DNA of 36,355 bases, taken from positions 1 through 36,355 of IMG/VR virus record IMGVR_UViG_3300031990_000008; one strand, given 5' to 3'. Below are positions 27,520 through 36,301 of this stretch, one piece after another. Numbering within the stretch: the first letter of the stretch is position 1; each line of letters starts with the position of its first letter. The position numbers were made by a program, and so were the translations under genes. The notes beneath the pieces are model-generated. The model saw only the letters and a program-made list of their open reading frames with translations, had not been told where the DNA came from and did not search any database. This DNA comes from a virus. Taxonomy: Duplodnaviria; Caudoviricetes.

Positions 27520-28013
27520 CCATCGCTTACACGTACACGGTTTTGTCTGTCGACTCAGGAAACAAGTCCATGCTTGTGCGCTTTGAGTCGGCAGGACGCC
27601 AAACCGTCGACGTCATGTTGCCGCTTCCATCAGTTGGCCAGTCCCTTGCAGAGGCCATCGAACCCAATGCCCCGACGTACTTTTGGGAGCAACGAGAACG
27701 GGATGTGGAAAGCGTGACGCCAGGCTCAACTGGAAGCGGCGCAACCGCTCCAACGGTGCTGGTGACCCCAGGTGTTCCGTTTTCGCAGTTCTACGGCCTG
27801 TTCACCAATTCCGAGAAAAACGCATTGATCGGCGCGACCCAGACAGACGTGCCGACGAAGCGCCGATACGACGAGCTGCTGATGCTCAATCTTGTTTCCA
27901 CAGCCCTTCCCGAGGTTGAGATGCTGCTGACCCAGCTCGTGAGCCTGAGTGCACTGACGAACGAACGCAAGACCACAATCCTGGCTGCTCTGCCTGCGCC
28001 GGAGACCCCGTGA
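27516..28013 (+). CDS. Hypothetical protein, possible tail-fibre assembly chaperone
   Basis: ATGA-coupled to the fibre gene; function inferred from position only. Confidence 0.6.
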   Translation: MTIAYTYTVLSVDSGNKSMLVRFESAGRQTVDVMLPLPSVGQSLAEAIEPNAPTYFWEQRERDVESVTPGSTGSGATAPTVLVTPGVPFSQFYGLFTNSEKNALIGATQTDVPTKRRYDELLMLNLVSTALPEVEMLLTQLVSLSALTNERKTTILAALPAPETP

Positions 28014-28312
28014 TGCGCACCATCCTTGCACAGTTGGGCATCAATGGCGGACTCAGCTCCGAGCAGCGGCACGATGTGGGCGTTGCGGTTGCGCAATCCA
28101 CGCCTGGCGCGGTTGCTTCAGCAGGAACCCATATCGCCGGCCTGCCGCTGAGCGATTGGGCGGTGGTGGCCACCATCCTGTTTGTCCTGCTGCAGGTGGG
28201 GCACTTGATCTGGAAATGGCGGCGCGATGCGCGTCGAGAGGACGAGAGGCAGGCAGACCGACGCGCGGGCCGACGTGGGCCAGATCTAGACGAGATGGGG
28301 GCAGACGAGTGA
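28013..28312 (+). CDS. Holin (probably pinholin)
   Basis: GLPLSDWAVVATILFVLLQVGHLIW TM segment, highly charged C-terminus, precedes the endolysin. Confidence 0.8.
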   Translation: MRTILAQLGINGGLSSEQRHDVGVAVAQSTPGAVASAGTHIAGLPLSDWAVVATILFVLLQVGHLIWKWRRDARREDERQADRRAGRRGPDLDEMGADE

Positions 28313-28776
28313 CGCGCGCCCGGATCATCATCGCGGCTCTCTCGCTTTCGGCAGCGGGCCTGATCGGCATTGCGCGATACGAGGGGTACTTGGGGGAGGC
28401 GTACATCCCTGTTCCCGGCGACGTGCCGACCATCGGATTCGGGGCGACTGGTGGCGTTAAGCTGGGCGACCGCACTGACCCCGTGCGTGCCTTGGTCCGC
28501 CTGGGTCAGGACGTAGGCGAACATGAGCGCAAGCTCGCGGCATGCATCCATGTTCCACTGCACCAGTACGAGTGGGACGCCTACGTCTCGTGGGCCTACA
28601 ACGTGGGCGCCGGTGCTGCCTGTGGATCGACCCTGGTGCGCAAGCTCAATGCCGGAGACTACGCCGGAGCCTGCAACGAGCTGCCTCGGTGGAACCGTGC
28701 AGGCGGGCGTGTGCTCTCCGGACTGACGGATCGCCGTGAAGCTGAGCGCAAGCGTTGTCTGGGGGTGGCCAGTTGA
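28309..28776 (+). CDS. SAR endolysin, GH24 lysozyme
   Basis: GTG start; Ala/Gly-rich SAR helix IIIAALSLSAAGLIGIA then EG...TIGFG, YNVG, STLVRKLN, GLTDRREAE. Confidence 0.93.
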   Translation: MTRARIIIAALSLSAAGLIGIARYEGYLGEAYIPVPGDVPTIGFGATGGVKLGDRTDPVRALVRLGQDVGEHERKLAACIHVPLHQYEWDAYVSWAYNVGAGAACGSTLVRKLNAGDYAGACNELPRWNRAGGRVLSGLTDRREAERKRCLGVAS

Positions 28777-29129
28777 ACCCGTCGACCATCCTTACCTGCA
28801 TGCTGCTGGCCGGCCTGGCGCTGACCGGCAGCTACCTGCAGGGCAGGGCCGATGGCGCAGACTCCATCATTGCCAGCCAAGCCAACGATGAGAAGATTCG
28901 CAGAGACACGATCCTGGCAGCAGATGAAGGGGCAGCCCGTGCCATTTCAAGGTTGGAGGTTAAGAATGTCACGATCCGGCAGAACACCCAGACCATCGTG
29001 CGCGAGGTTCCTGTGTATCGTGAGTGCAAGCATGATCGCAGGGTGCTCGACAACATCAATGCCTCGCTCTCCGGAAGCGAGTCCCCTGGTCCTAGTCAGT
29101 TGCCCACCGCTTCAACCCCTGGTCGATGA
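28773..29129 (+). CDS. Rz: Inner-membrane spanin
   Basis: TTG start overlapping the endolysin stop; N-terminal TM, periplasmic helix with Cys. Confidence 0.78.
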   Translation: MNPSTILTCMLLAGLALTGSYLQGRADGADSIIASQANDEKIRRDTILAADEGAARAISRLEVKNVTIRQNTQTIVREVPVYRECKHDRRVLDNINASLSGSESPGPSQLPTASTPGR

Positions 29130-29277
29130 CACTTTCGGGGCGACCACGGACAAGCTGATTGAAGTTGCCTGGCAGTACAACAAGTGCCGACGGGCGGCCA
29201 TTGGTGGGGACGAAGGAATAGCTGGGAGTCGGTGTAAATCTGGGTGTAAAACGCTGTCTGCCAGGGGCGGTTTTTGA
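28966..29277 (+). CDS. Rz1: Outer-membrane lipoprotein spanin overlapping Rz in another frame
   Basis: GGAGG RBS; lipobox MIAG-C; SCPPLQP...QYNKC. Confidence 0.8.
   Translation: MSRSGRTPRPSCARFLCIVSASMIAGCSTTSMPRSPEASPLVLVSCPPLQPLVDDTFGATTDKLIEVAWQYNKCRRAAIGGDEGIAGSRCKSGCKTLSARGGF
29231..29250. repeat. GGTGTAAA x2, probable integrase arm-type sites of the prophage
   Basis: Copies at 29231-29238 and 29243-29250, about 85 bp inside the att core. Confidence 0.55.
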
Positions 29278-29334
29278 TGGACTGCGGCCCTTGTCGCAGA
29301 AGGTGTGTTGGCCTGCCGATGTCCGTCACTTGCG

Positions 29335-29379
29335 TTCACACGGCAGGGGTCGCAGGTTCGAACCCTGCACCGCCCACCA
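29335..29379 (+). other. att core: 3' fragment of tRNA-Val(CAC), from anticodon loop to CCA
   Basis: TTCACAC-GGCAG-GGGTC-GCAGG-TTCGAAC-CCTGC-ACCGCCC-ACCA; no D arm or 5' acceptor strand upstream. Confidence 0.9.
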
Positions 29380-29383
29380 ATGA

Positions 29384-29445
29384 AATCAAGCACTTAGCCT
29401 CACGGCTAGGTGCTTTTTTCTTGCCTGTACGGACTTTGTACGGAC
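29384..29445. promoter_or_regulatory. IHF consensus plus TGTACGGAC x2 (arm-type-like sites)
   Basis: AATCAAGCACTTA 29384-29396 matches WATCAANNNNTTR; repeats at 29426-29434 and 29437-29445. Confidence 0.6.
29388..29418 (+). terminator. Intrinsic terminator after the tRNA 3' end
   Basis: AAGCACTTAGCC-TCAC-GGCTAGGTGCTT plus T run. Confidence 0.85.
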
Positions 29446-29456
29446 AATGCCTTTTC

Positions 29457-30491
29457 TCAACGGCCTCGACCTCCGATGTAGGCGTTGATGATTTGAGTTC
29501 TCCCGTGCCCTAGTTTTTCCGCGATAGCCTGCCGTGCGGTCAGGTCCAACGTGCGTTCCACCGCATGCCCACCATTGACCGGTGCGGGCGATCCCGTCGC
29601 TTCCTGGTATTCATCCGCCGCATACTGGTGCCGTAGGCCGTGCGGCACCACGCCCAAGGCCTTCTTGGTCACGCCGAAGCGCTCCATGACATACCGCAAA
29701 TGCCTGATGGCCTGAACCAACGTCAGTTGTGGATCACTGATGCTGTCGTGCTCTCCAATGACCAAACCCTGAGCCAACTTGATGGCCTGCAGCCGTGCGT
29801 CGGTATCGATCGGCACGTAGCGTTTTCGCCCGCCCTTCGTTCCCCGATGCGTGAAGAGGTATAGCGCGGTGTCGCAGCCTGCCTGACCAGCCTGCACGGC
29901 GGTCAGCACGTCCGCATGCGGGCGCAGCATGCAGGCTTCCTTGAACCGCAATCCAAATGCCTGCATCAGCCGCAGTGAGGCTGCCGCATGCAGATCATGG
30001 CGTTCGACCTGCTCCAGCACCTGATCGACATCGACGCCACGTTCTCGCCAGCTCTTTGGCGTGATCGCGACGTAGCTGCGTGTGATCAACGCCTGGTCGT
30101 CGAAATAGGCGCTCAGCGGTTTGACCAGCTTGGGCTTGGCGATCCATCCCGCAAAGGTCGTGAGGAAGCTGTGGTTCTTCTGCAGCGTTGCCGCGCCCAG
30201 CTCGCCACGCTCAGCCCGCTGGCGCCAATCGGCCATCAACAGGTCCACATGCCGCCCGCTGAATGAGCGCGGATCAAGCTTGAAGCATTTGACTGGGTTG
30301 TCTCGCAGGAACGAAAAAATGCGGAAGCAAAACTGCCTGCGCTCCTCCATCGTGGCGTGCGACACGCCTTTGCTTTTCGTGGAGTGGCGCCAGTTGTGGC
30401 GCTCCAGGATCAGCGCCAGAACGTATTTCCAGCGCTGTGGCTGAACGGGTAGCCTGTCCAGTTCAACAGGCGGCGTGTGAGTCTTGGTCAT
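29457..30491 (-). CDS. Tyrosine recombinase (integrase-domain protein, Integrase_1-like), about 344 aa
   Basis: Full catalytic set: FGLRFKE (R), GTKGG (K), HGLRH (HxxR), LGHGR (H), AYIG (Y); start chosen at MTKTHTPP. Confidence 0.9.
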   Translation of the reverse strand: MTKTHTPPVELDRLPVQPQRWKYVLALILERHNWRHSTKSKGVSHATMEERRQFCFRIFSFLRDNPVKCFKLDPRSFSGRHVDLLMADWRQRAERGELGAATLQKNHSFLTTFAGWIAKPKLVKPLSAYFDDQALITRSYVAITPKSWRERGVDVDQVLEQVERHDLHAAASLRLMQAFGLRFKEACMLRPHADVLTAVQAGQAGCDTALYLFTHRGTKGGRKRYVPIDTDARLQAIKLAQGLVIGEHDSISDPQLTLVQAIRHLRYVMERFGVTKKALGVVPHGLRHQYAADEYQEATGSPAPVNGGHAVERTLDLTARQAIAEKLGHGRTQIINAYIGGRGR

Positions 30492-30539
30492 GATCAATCC
30501 ATTTCGTCCAGTCGAGGGTTGAAGGGGTTGAGAGAGGCG

Positions 30540-31470
30540 CGTGCATCCCATCGCGCGCAAGGTCAGGATTCGGTTGCGAACAAAGCCGCAGCCAGGCCAG
30601 TCGTAAAAGTGAACGCCGTGCACACGGTGTCAGGCACACGTGGCTGCTCGCTCGGGGCGAACCGCAGATCGACCGGTCTGGCCGGAAGGCTGCGCAGCAA
30701 AGTTGCACGGGCGTCACCCGTACGGGATGCCAATCAAGGCACCCACATCGAACGCCGCCGCCAGACCATCTAATGGCACCGAAGCCAACGCGGTGCAGGG
30801 TCTGTTCACGCCAATCCGCAAGCTGTCGGTCGGGCCGACATGACAGGGGATGCTCGAAGCAATGCGTGAGGCGGGGCGAGGGGGATCACGGGCGTCGCGA
30901 GAGCGCGCGCCGTTTGCCAGGGCCTCTATGGGCACAAGGCAAGCATCGTCGGGTCAAGACCGACGTGGATCCACGTTGACACGCAGGCATGCGTGTCGCA
31001 AACAAGCTGGCCACCATCTTGCTGATGGCCAGTGGGGACACTTCGGACTCAAGGTCCAGCGTGACATGGCGTCACGACTCCAGGGCTTCCTTTGGCGACC
31101 GATGCGCCCGGTGTGGAAGCTACCGGCTTGACGCCATCAAAGCATGCGCTAGGCGGCACCTCAATGCAAGCGCAAAAAGTGCCGTTATCCCGCCATTACC
31201 CCTGATCGCCGATGACTGGGTCTGCACGCCCTTGGGGTTGACAAGGCTTCGCGATACCTCTCTCTCCGAAACCGGTTTGGCCAAGCGAAATGCGCCCGAT
31301 TGCAGGCTGACCGCAATCAGACCATCCATGCGATTGACCCCGCCGTGGATGAGCGTGGTCCGTGCGCATTTGGGGCTGAGCCGGACTGGGTTCGAGGCCA
31401 TTGATCCGGCTGATGCCGAAAGCCACCCCATTCAGCGCCCTTTGCCAGTGGCTGGCTGTCCCGCCTTTGC
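30540..31470. ncRNA. Hairpin-dense non-coding region; candidate large structured RNA or ssDNA element
   Basis: More than 15 adjacent or nested stems read by eye; no convincing ORF. Confidence 0.45.
31141..31169 (-). promoter_or_regulatory. Candidate sigma70 promoter TTGCAT-17-CATGCT facing the recombinase
   Basis: -35 at 31164-31169 and -10 at 31141-31146 on the minus strand. Confidence 0.4.
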
Positions 31471-31508
31471 GCACCCTCATCAGCATCTGTTCTTCTTTGG
31501 GGACTTTC

Positions 31509-32537
31509 ATGAGCATCGTGCGCGCCATTGATGTTGGATACGGCATCACCAAGTACATCCGCCGAGTTGTCGGCGACTGCATCGAATGCGGCAGCTTTTT
31601 GTCGATGGCTGAGTTCTGTTCGAGCGACACCACCATGCAAGGGTTGGGTGGTCGGCGCGACACCGTCGCGGTGCCAATGGGCCCTCACTTCTACGAGGTT
31701 GGGCCAGACATTGAACTGGCCCTTGAGCCATGGCGGTCAACGTTGAAGGGCGAGGATTTCATCACCACGCCTGAGTACCTGGCCTTGATGCGCGGCGCGC
31801 TGTACTACATGAACGTCGAGGTCATCGACCTGCTCGTGGTGGGCCTGCCGGTGGCCTATTTTGCGGACAAGAAAGACAGCCTCGTCAAGCTGGCCGAAGG
31901 CGAGCACGCGGTTGGGCGGGGCCGGAAGGTTCTGGTCAAAAGGGCGCTTGCCGTGGCGCAGCCGCAAGGGGCACTGGTGACCTACGCAGCACAGCAAGGC
32001 GTGCTCGATCAAATTCAGCACCAGGACAGCCTGATCATTGACGTGGGTACCCGCACCTTTGACTGGGTATCCACACGCGGCATGAGGCTGTTGATCCGCA
32101 AGAGCCATTCGGTTGATCGGGGCATCAACAACATGCTGCGCATCATCGCGCGCGAGATATCGCGTGACATCGGTGCGGACTACCAGCATCTGGATGCCAT
32201 CGACTTGGCGCTCCGCAAGGAACGTCCACTGACCTTGTATGGCAAGCCCTATTCCATCGAGAAGTTCAAGCCTTTGGCCATGACCGTGGCTCACCAAGCC
32301 GTGGGCGCGATGCTCAGTCAAATCGGAGATACCCAACGGTTTGACAACGTCGTGCTCACAGGCGGGGGCGCCCAGATATTCAAGAAGTACATCAAGGAAG
32401 CGCTCCCCCGGCACAGCTTGCTGGAGTTGGCCGAGCCCCTTTATGCGAACGTGCGCGGCTTCCAGCTTGCGGGACAGGGGCGGGTTGAGGCCGAGGCAGG
32501 ACTTGATGCCGTGGCCCAGGTGGAGCAGCGGCGGTGA
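31509..32537 (+). CDS. ParM/StbA-family actin-like ATPase (PRTRC system protein D-like)
   Basis: Phosphate-1 AIDVGYGITK; LVVGLP; QPQGA; phosphate-2 IIDVGTRTFD; VLTGGGA; ANVRGF. Confidence 0.9.
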   Translation: MSIVRAIDVGYGITKYIRRVVGDCIECGSFLSMAEFCSSDTTMQGLGGRRDTVAVPMGPHFYEVGPDIELALEPWRSTLKGEDFITTPEYLALMRGALYYMNVEVIDLLVVGLPVAYFADKKDSLVKLAEGEHAVGRGRKVLVKRALAVAQPQGALVTYAAQQGVLDQIQHQDSLIIDVGTRTFDWVSTRGMRLLIRKSHSVDRGINNMLRIIAREISRDIGADYQHLDAIDLALRKERPLTLYGKPYSIEKFKPLAMTVAHQAVGAMLSQIGDTQRFDNVVLTGGGAQIFKKYIKEALPRHSLLELAEPLYANVRGFQLAGQGRVEAEAGLDAVAQVEQRR

Positions 32538-32773
32538 CGCGCCGTGCCGATGAATCCGAGCTGGTGATCTACGTGGCGATTGACCAGGACAGTGCGCCGC
32601 TGCTGCACGCCGACCTGGTTCGCTTTCGCAAGGGCCCGAAGCGCGTCCAGCGGCTGCGCATGCTGGCACTGCAAGGGCTGATCTTTGAAACTGGCGCACA
32701 GCCCAAGCCGCCGCGCCCGCAAGGCGGCACCTCCGCCGCTGGTGGCGTCTTCAGCGAGCCAACCGACGACTGA
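32534..32773 (+). CDS. Small partner of ParM (putative ParR-like adaptor)
   Basis: GTGA overlap with parM; KGPKRVQRLRMLALQGL; flexible acidic tail. Confidence 0.65.
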   Translation: MTRRADESELVIYVAIDQDSAPLLHADLVRFRKGPKRVQRLRMLALQGLIFETGAQPKPPRPQGGTSAAGGVFSEPTDD

Positions 32774-33212
32774 TGTGTGCCCGGCATCGCTGCTGTTCTT
32801 GGGCAATAGAGTCTGCGACAAGCTGGCCTGGTGCACCCCTCGGGCGTTTCGCAGCGAATGGATGCGACGGCGGCCATGGGTAAGCACACCGAAGGCCGAG
32901 CCAGGGCAATAAAGTGCGCGACATCAAGGGCCGGCGCGTGACCGCTTCAGGCTGAGCTGCGACATTGGGGCTATCGATGCGAACAGCAGCCCCCGCGCGA
33001 AGCAGCCATTCGAGGACCGCAATCTTGCTCGACCGCAGCACCTCCACCACCGGCCACTCGAATGCGACCGACTGACGCAGGTCGCCAACAGTCTCGATCT
33101 CGGCGTCACCGGCAGGCGGCGAATGGAAGATTGGACAGGCGATACTCATCCGTCTTTTGACATTGATCAGCGACCTCGTACATGCAAAACAATGATGCCC
33201 AAGGAGGCTCAA

Positions 33213-34889
33213 ATGATTGCCATTCATCCGCAATACCTTACGTTATCCAAGCTGCTCGCCGGACGTTTATTCCGCATTCCAGAGTATCAACGTGCTTACA
33301 GCTGGACGAGCAAGCAGCGGACCGACCTGTTCAGTGACATCGACAAGACGCATGCAAAGGGCAAGGACGCGGGCCACTTTATGGCCGCGACAGTGTGCCT
33401 CCGGCGAGCAAAGCAAGTCTTAGGAACCGATGAGTTCCAGGTGCTTGAGGTGGTTGACGGGCAGCAGCGCCTCACAACGCTAATCATCTTGTTCAAGGCT
33501 ATCGAGCTGACTCTCGATCGGGCCGTTGGAGTAGAAGCCAGACTCGCCGATGAGATCGCAGGATTGTTGATCAAGCAGGACGGCGACGAGTTGCTACTTT
33601 TGCAGACAAACCACGACAGCAGTCACCACTTTGAGAGGTTTCTACGCGAGGGGACGAGGCCTGAAGTCGACACGGCAACGACTCTAGCGGACCAAGAACT
33701 GCTCAAAGCCATATCTGAGTGCATGGCTTACGTTGATGGCTGGAAACGGCGTCAGGCGGGCCTTTCGTCGCTGTTGGCGCTTCTTAAGAATCGGCTCCAC
33801 TTTCTACTTCATGAGATCGACGAGGAGAACGCGGTCTACACGGTGTTCGAAGTGCTGAATAGTCGTGGGTTGGATGTGTCTTGGATCGACCGATTGAAGA
33901 GCATATTGATGGGCGCAGCATTCGAGTTGAAGGCCGCCGCAAATAAGACCCTGATCAAGGACCTTCATACAAAGTGGCGCGACATCTACGTCACCATAGG
34001 TCTGCGACAGGGCATGAGCACGGAGGCCCTACGATTTGCTGCAACCCTCCGTACGCCAGACATTCCTAGCAGGCCGTTGGGTGAAGAAAGTTCGGTAGAG
34101 CTGCTGCGTGAGCAGGCCCCAGACGCTAAGGGGATTCGAGACGTTTCTGCTTGGTTGTTAAAGGTAGTGACGGCGCGCGATGCCGTCGCGGCCAATCCAA
34201 GAATCAACGCGGTCACTAGGATTTCCCAAGCACGGCTGTTAGCCGTGGCCATTCACTTGCGAAGTGACTTCAGACCGAAGCAACGTGACGAGCTACTTGC
34301 GAAATGGGAGCGCGTGACCTTCCGGATATACGGAATGCTCTCGAACGACGCGCGTACACGGGTAGGTGACTACGTTCGCCTAGCATGGCGAATCGTCAAT
34401 GATGACCTAGCACCAAGGGAGATTAGTCGAGAACTGGGGGAGATCGGCAGTGACTTCTCGATTTCGGATGCGGTTGATGCAATGCAAGCGAGGAACTGCT
34501 ACGAAGATTGGGGTGAGGAGTTGAGGTACTTCATGTACCGATATGAGGAGCACCTGTCAGCAAAGAATCGTCAGAAATTCAGTAATGAGCAGTGGGAGCG
34601 TATTTGGATGGCAAGTGTTTCGGACTCCATCGAACACATTTGGGCCCAGAGCAAGGCTCCGGAGAAATCTAAGCACCGCCTTGGAAATCTGGTGCTCTTG
34701 CCACCTCGATTGAACTCCAGCTTGCAGGCTAAGGAGCCGGCGGACAAGGCTGACGACTACAGAAAAACTGGCCTGCTCATCGCTCAGGAGGTCGCTGATG
34801 CCATCGGTGCAGGCAAATGGTCGACTAAGGCCGTGGCGGCCAGGGAAGATGCCTTGCTCAAATGGGCGAAGTTGGAATGGGCTGACTAG
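33213..34889 (+). CDS. DUF262 + DUF1524 (HNH) protein, GmrSD/SspE-like defence nuclease
   Basis: IPEYQRAYSW, VVDGQQRLTT, FEVLNSRG, SIEHIWAQ...LGNLVLL...LNS; AAGGAGG RBS before ATG 33213. Confidence 0.92.
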   Translation: MIAIHPQYLTLSKLLAGRLFRIPEYQRAYSWTSKQRTDLFSDIDKTHAKGKDAGHFMAATVCLRRAKQVLGTDEFQVLEVVDGQQRLTTLIILFKAIELTLDRAVGVEARLADEIAGLLIKQDGDELLLLQTNHDSSHHFERFLREGTRPEVDTATTLADQELLKAISECMAYVDGWKRRQAGLSSLLALLKNRLHFLLHEIDEENAVYTVFEVLNSRGLDVSWIDRLKSILMGAAFELKAAANKTLIKDLHTKWRDIYVTIGLRQGMSTEALRFAATLRTPDIPSRPLGEESSVELLREQAPDAKGIRDVSAWLLKVVTARDAVAANPRINAVTRISQARLLAVAIHLRSDFRPKQRDELLAKWERVTFRIYGMLSNDARTRVGDYVRLAWRIVNDDLAPREISRELGEIGSDFSISDAVDAMQARNCYEDWGEELRYFMYRYEEHLSAKNRQKFSNEQWERIWMASVSDSIEHIWAQSKAPEKSKHRLGNLVLLPPRLNSSLQAKEPADKADDYRKTGLLIAQEVADAIGAGKWSTKAVAAREDALLKWAKLEWAD

Positions 34890-35257
34890 GTCTATGGCCG
34901 CATTACCTCGAAGAGCCGCCGTTCGGACAAACGTTTGTCGCCGCGTCTAACGACTGCTTAATGCCAGGCTGCGTGAGTACGCCTGCCAGCAACCGCCGGC
35001 TGCACTCGCTGCACACCTGCCGGTCGCCTATGCGTTTCGGCTCCAGGCCGATAGGAGCCATTCGAACCGGAGAGGCCGCCGGATGGCTGCGACCTCCAAG
35101 AATCGGCATTCAAGGATGTCCGCAGCCCTTGTCGGCGATCACCCCGACCCGGGCCCTTGACGACGATTCACCGTGCCTCCAGGCAAAATCCAGATGATCG
35201 GGGCAAGCCTGGCGTCATTGTGCCGGGAAGCCCACCTTGAAGAATGGAACAGCATCA

Positions 35258-35699
35258 ATGGCACTGACGAAGAAGGGCGAGTTCTGGTACGGGACGACGT
35301 CCGGCGACACCCAAGCCGAGCTGCGCAGCTACAGCGTTGCGAATCGCCATGAGGCCGTCCGGTTTGCCTCGTCCAAATGCGTTTGCGGGTGCCGGACTTT
35401 TGCGCTGCAGACCGATGAAGAAGCCGGCGTGGCAATCCGCACCTGCACCGACTGCGGGCAGGAACACCTGATGGGCGACAGCGCGGACTACGTTGATGAG
35501 GCCGCCCCCGAGGCGCACGAGTGCGTGTGCGAGAACGAGGTGTTCGAGCTGATGTCCGGCTGTCTCCGTGTACGAGGGCACACATGACGTGCGCTGGTAC
35601 TACATTGCTTGCCACTGCGTGGAATGCAATCTGGTTGGGGTCTTCGCAGACTGGAAATGTGAAGCGGGTGATGCGGCGTCCTTCCTCGCCAAGGTATGA
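35258..35699 (+). pseudogene. Cys-rich (Zn-binding) hypothetical protein with a +1 frameshift near 35561
   Basis: Removing one base after ...FELMSG gives VSVYEGTHDVRWYYIACHCVECNLVGVFADWKCEAGDAASFLAKV* (stop 35697-35699). Confidence 0.7.
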
Positions 35700-36024
35700 G
35701 CGCGCGCGCCTGCAGAGATCATGCTCGCAGGCTCGAGCGGCCGAGGAATGTCATGAGGTGGTCGGTAGACTTGGCTGTATCAATGACGGCAATCGCTGGC
35801 AGAGCTGCCGCTGAAGCGGCGAGGTCGGCTTCAGGCTGTGAGCCGCTGGTCGGCCGCCTTCCCATGAATGACGGCTGCCAGGAAGAGCAGACACTTGAGA
35901 GCAACCGGGCTCGCCACTCATATCTGAAAACCTTATGCAGCCAGCGTGGTCAACAGCCCAAGCATTCCGATACAGTCTATTTACATGTCAAAAGTCAATG
36001 CCAGCACTGGCCGTTTCCTGACCT

Positions 36025-36301
36025 ATGCAGGCCGCGCCGGACGGTGACTGCGGGCATGCCCCATCAACCCAGCCGCCAGAGACAGAGGAAACAGGAGACT
36101 TCGAGTTGCAGCCGACACCGCCCATGCCACCTCCGTCCAAACAGCTGCAGACCGATACGCAAGCTCTGCCCGTCGATGCAACTGTACTTTTCGTAGCGCT
36201 GCAGTACCAGTTGCTCGTGGCCGTAGAACAGTGCCACTACCTCATGCCCGGAGAGTGCCTATGGATTGAAGCCATGGGCGATGTCACCGTGCCGGGCAAG
36301 A
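36025..36301 (+). pseudogene. 5' fragment of a probable Cap4/Lamassu-LmuA-type nuclease effector, interrupted by an IS
   Basis: DAT....ALQYQLLVA...LWIEAMGDV resembles the N-terminal YQ...E..D pattern; frame runs into the IS end; real start may be 36106 or 36124. Confidence 0.5.

Larger units (their letters stand above)
1..29379. mobile_element. Temperate podovirus-type prophage (lambdoid control region plus T7/BPP-1-like virion genes); left end and integrase lie outside the window
   Basis: Contiguous cI/cro, replication, portal-scaffold-capsid, tail tube, ejection, terminase, fibre and lysis genes ending at a tRNA-Val 3' fragment. Confidence 0.95.

Noticed and set aside
26296-29330. BPP-1-type diversity-generating retroelement at the tail fibre
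   Set aside because: No reverse transcriptase, avd gene or TR/VR repeat pair visible in the window
29300-29379. Complete tRNA-Val gene
   Set aside because: 5' half absent: no GGGCGG acceptor strand or D arm, and the anticodon stem 5' strand does not match
29457-30491. This recombinase as the prophage integrase
   Set aside because: It lies outside the att core; the prophage integrase is expected at the end of the left arm beyond base 1
30477-31531. Short ORFs between the recombinase and parM
   Set aside because: Mutually overlapping, Arg/Ala-rich, no RBS or motifs; region treated as non-coding
32751-33233. 160-aa minus-strand ORF
   Set aside because: Overlaps both neighbours and has no recognisable motif or RBS; cannot be supported
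34945-34951. Integron attC (GTCTAAC inverse core) after the nuclease gene
   Set aside because: No matching GTTRRRY core downstream, and the recombinase shows no IntI-specific features I can recognise
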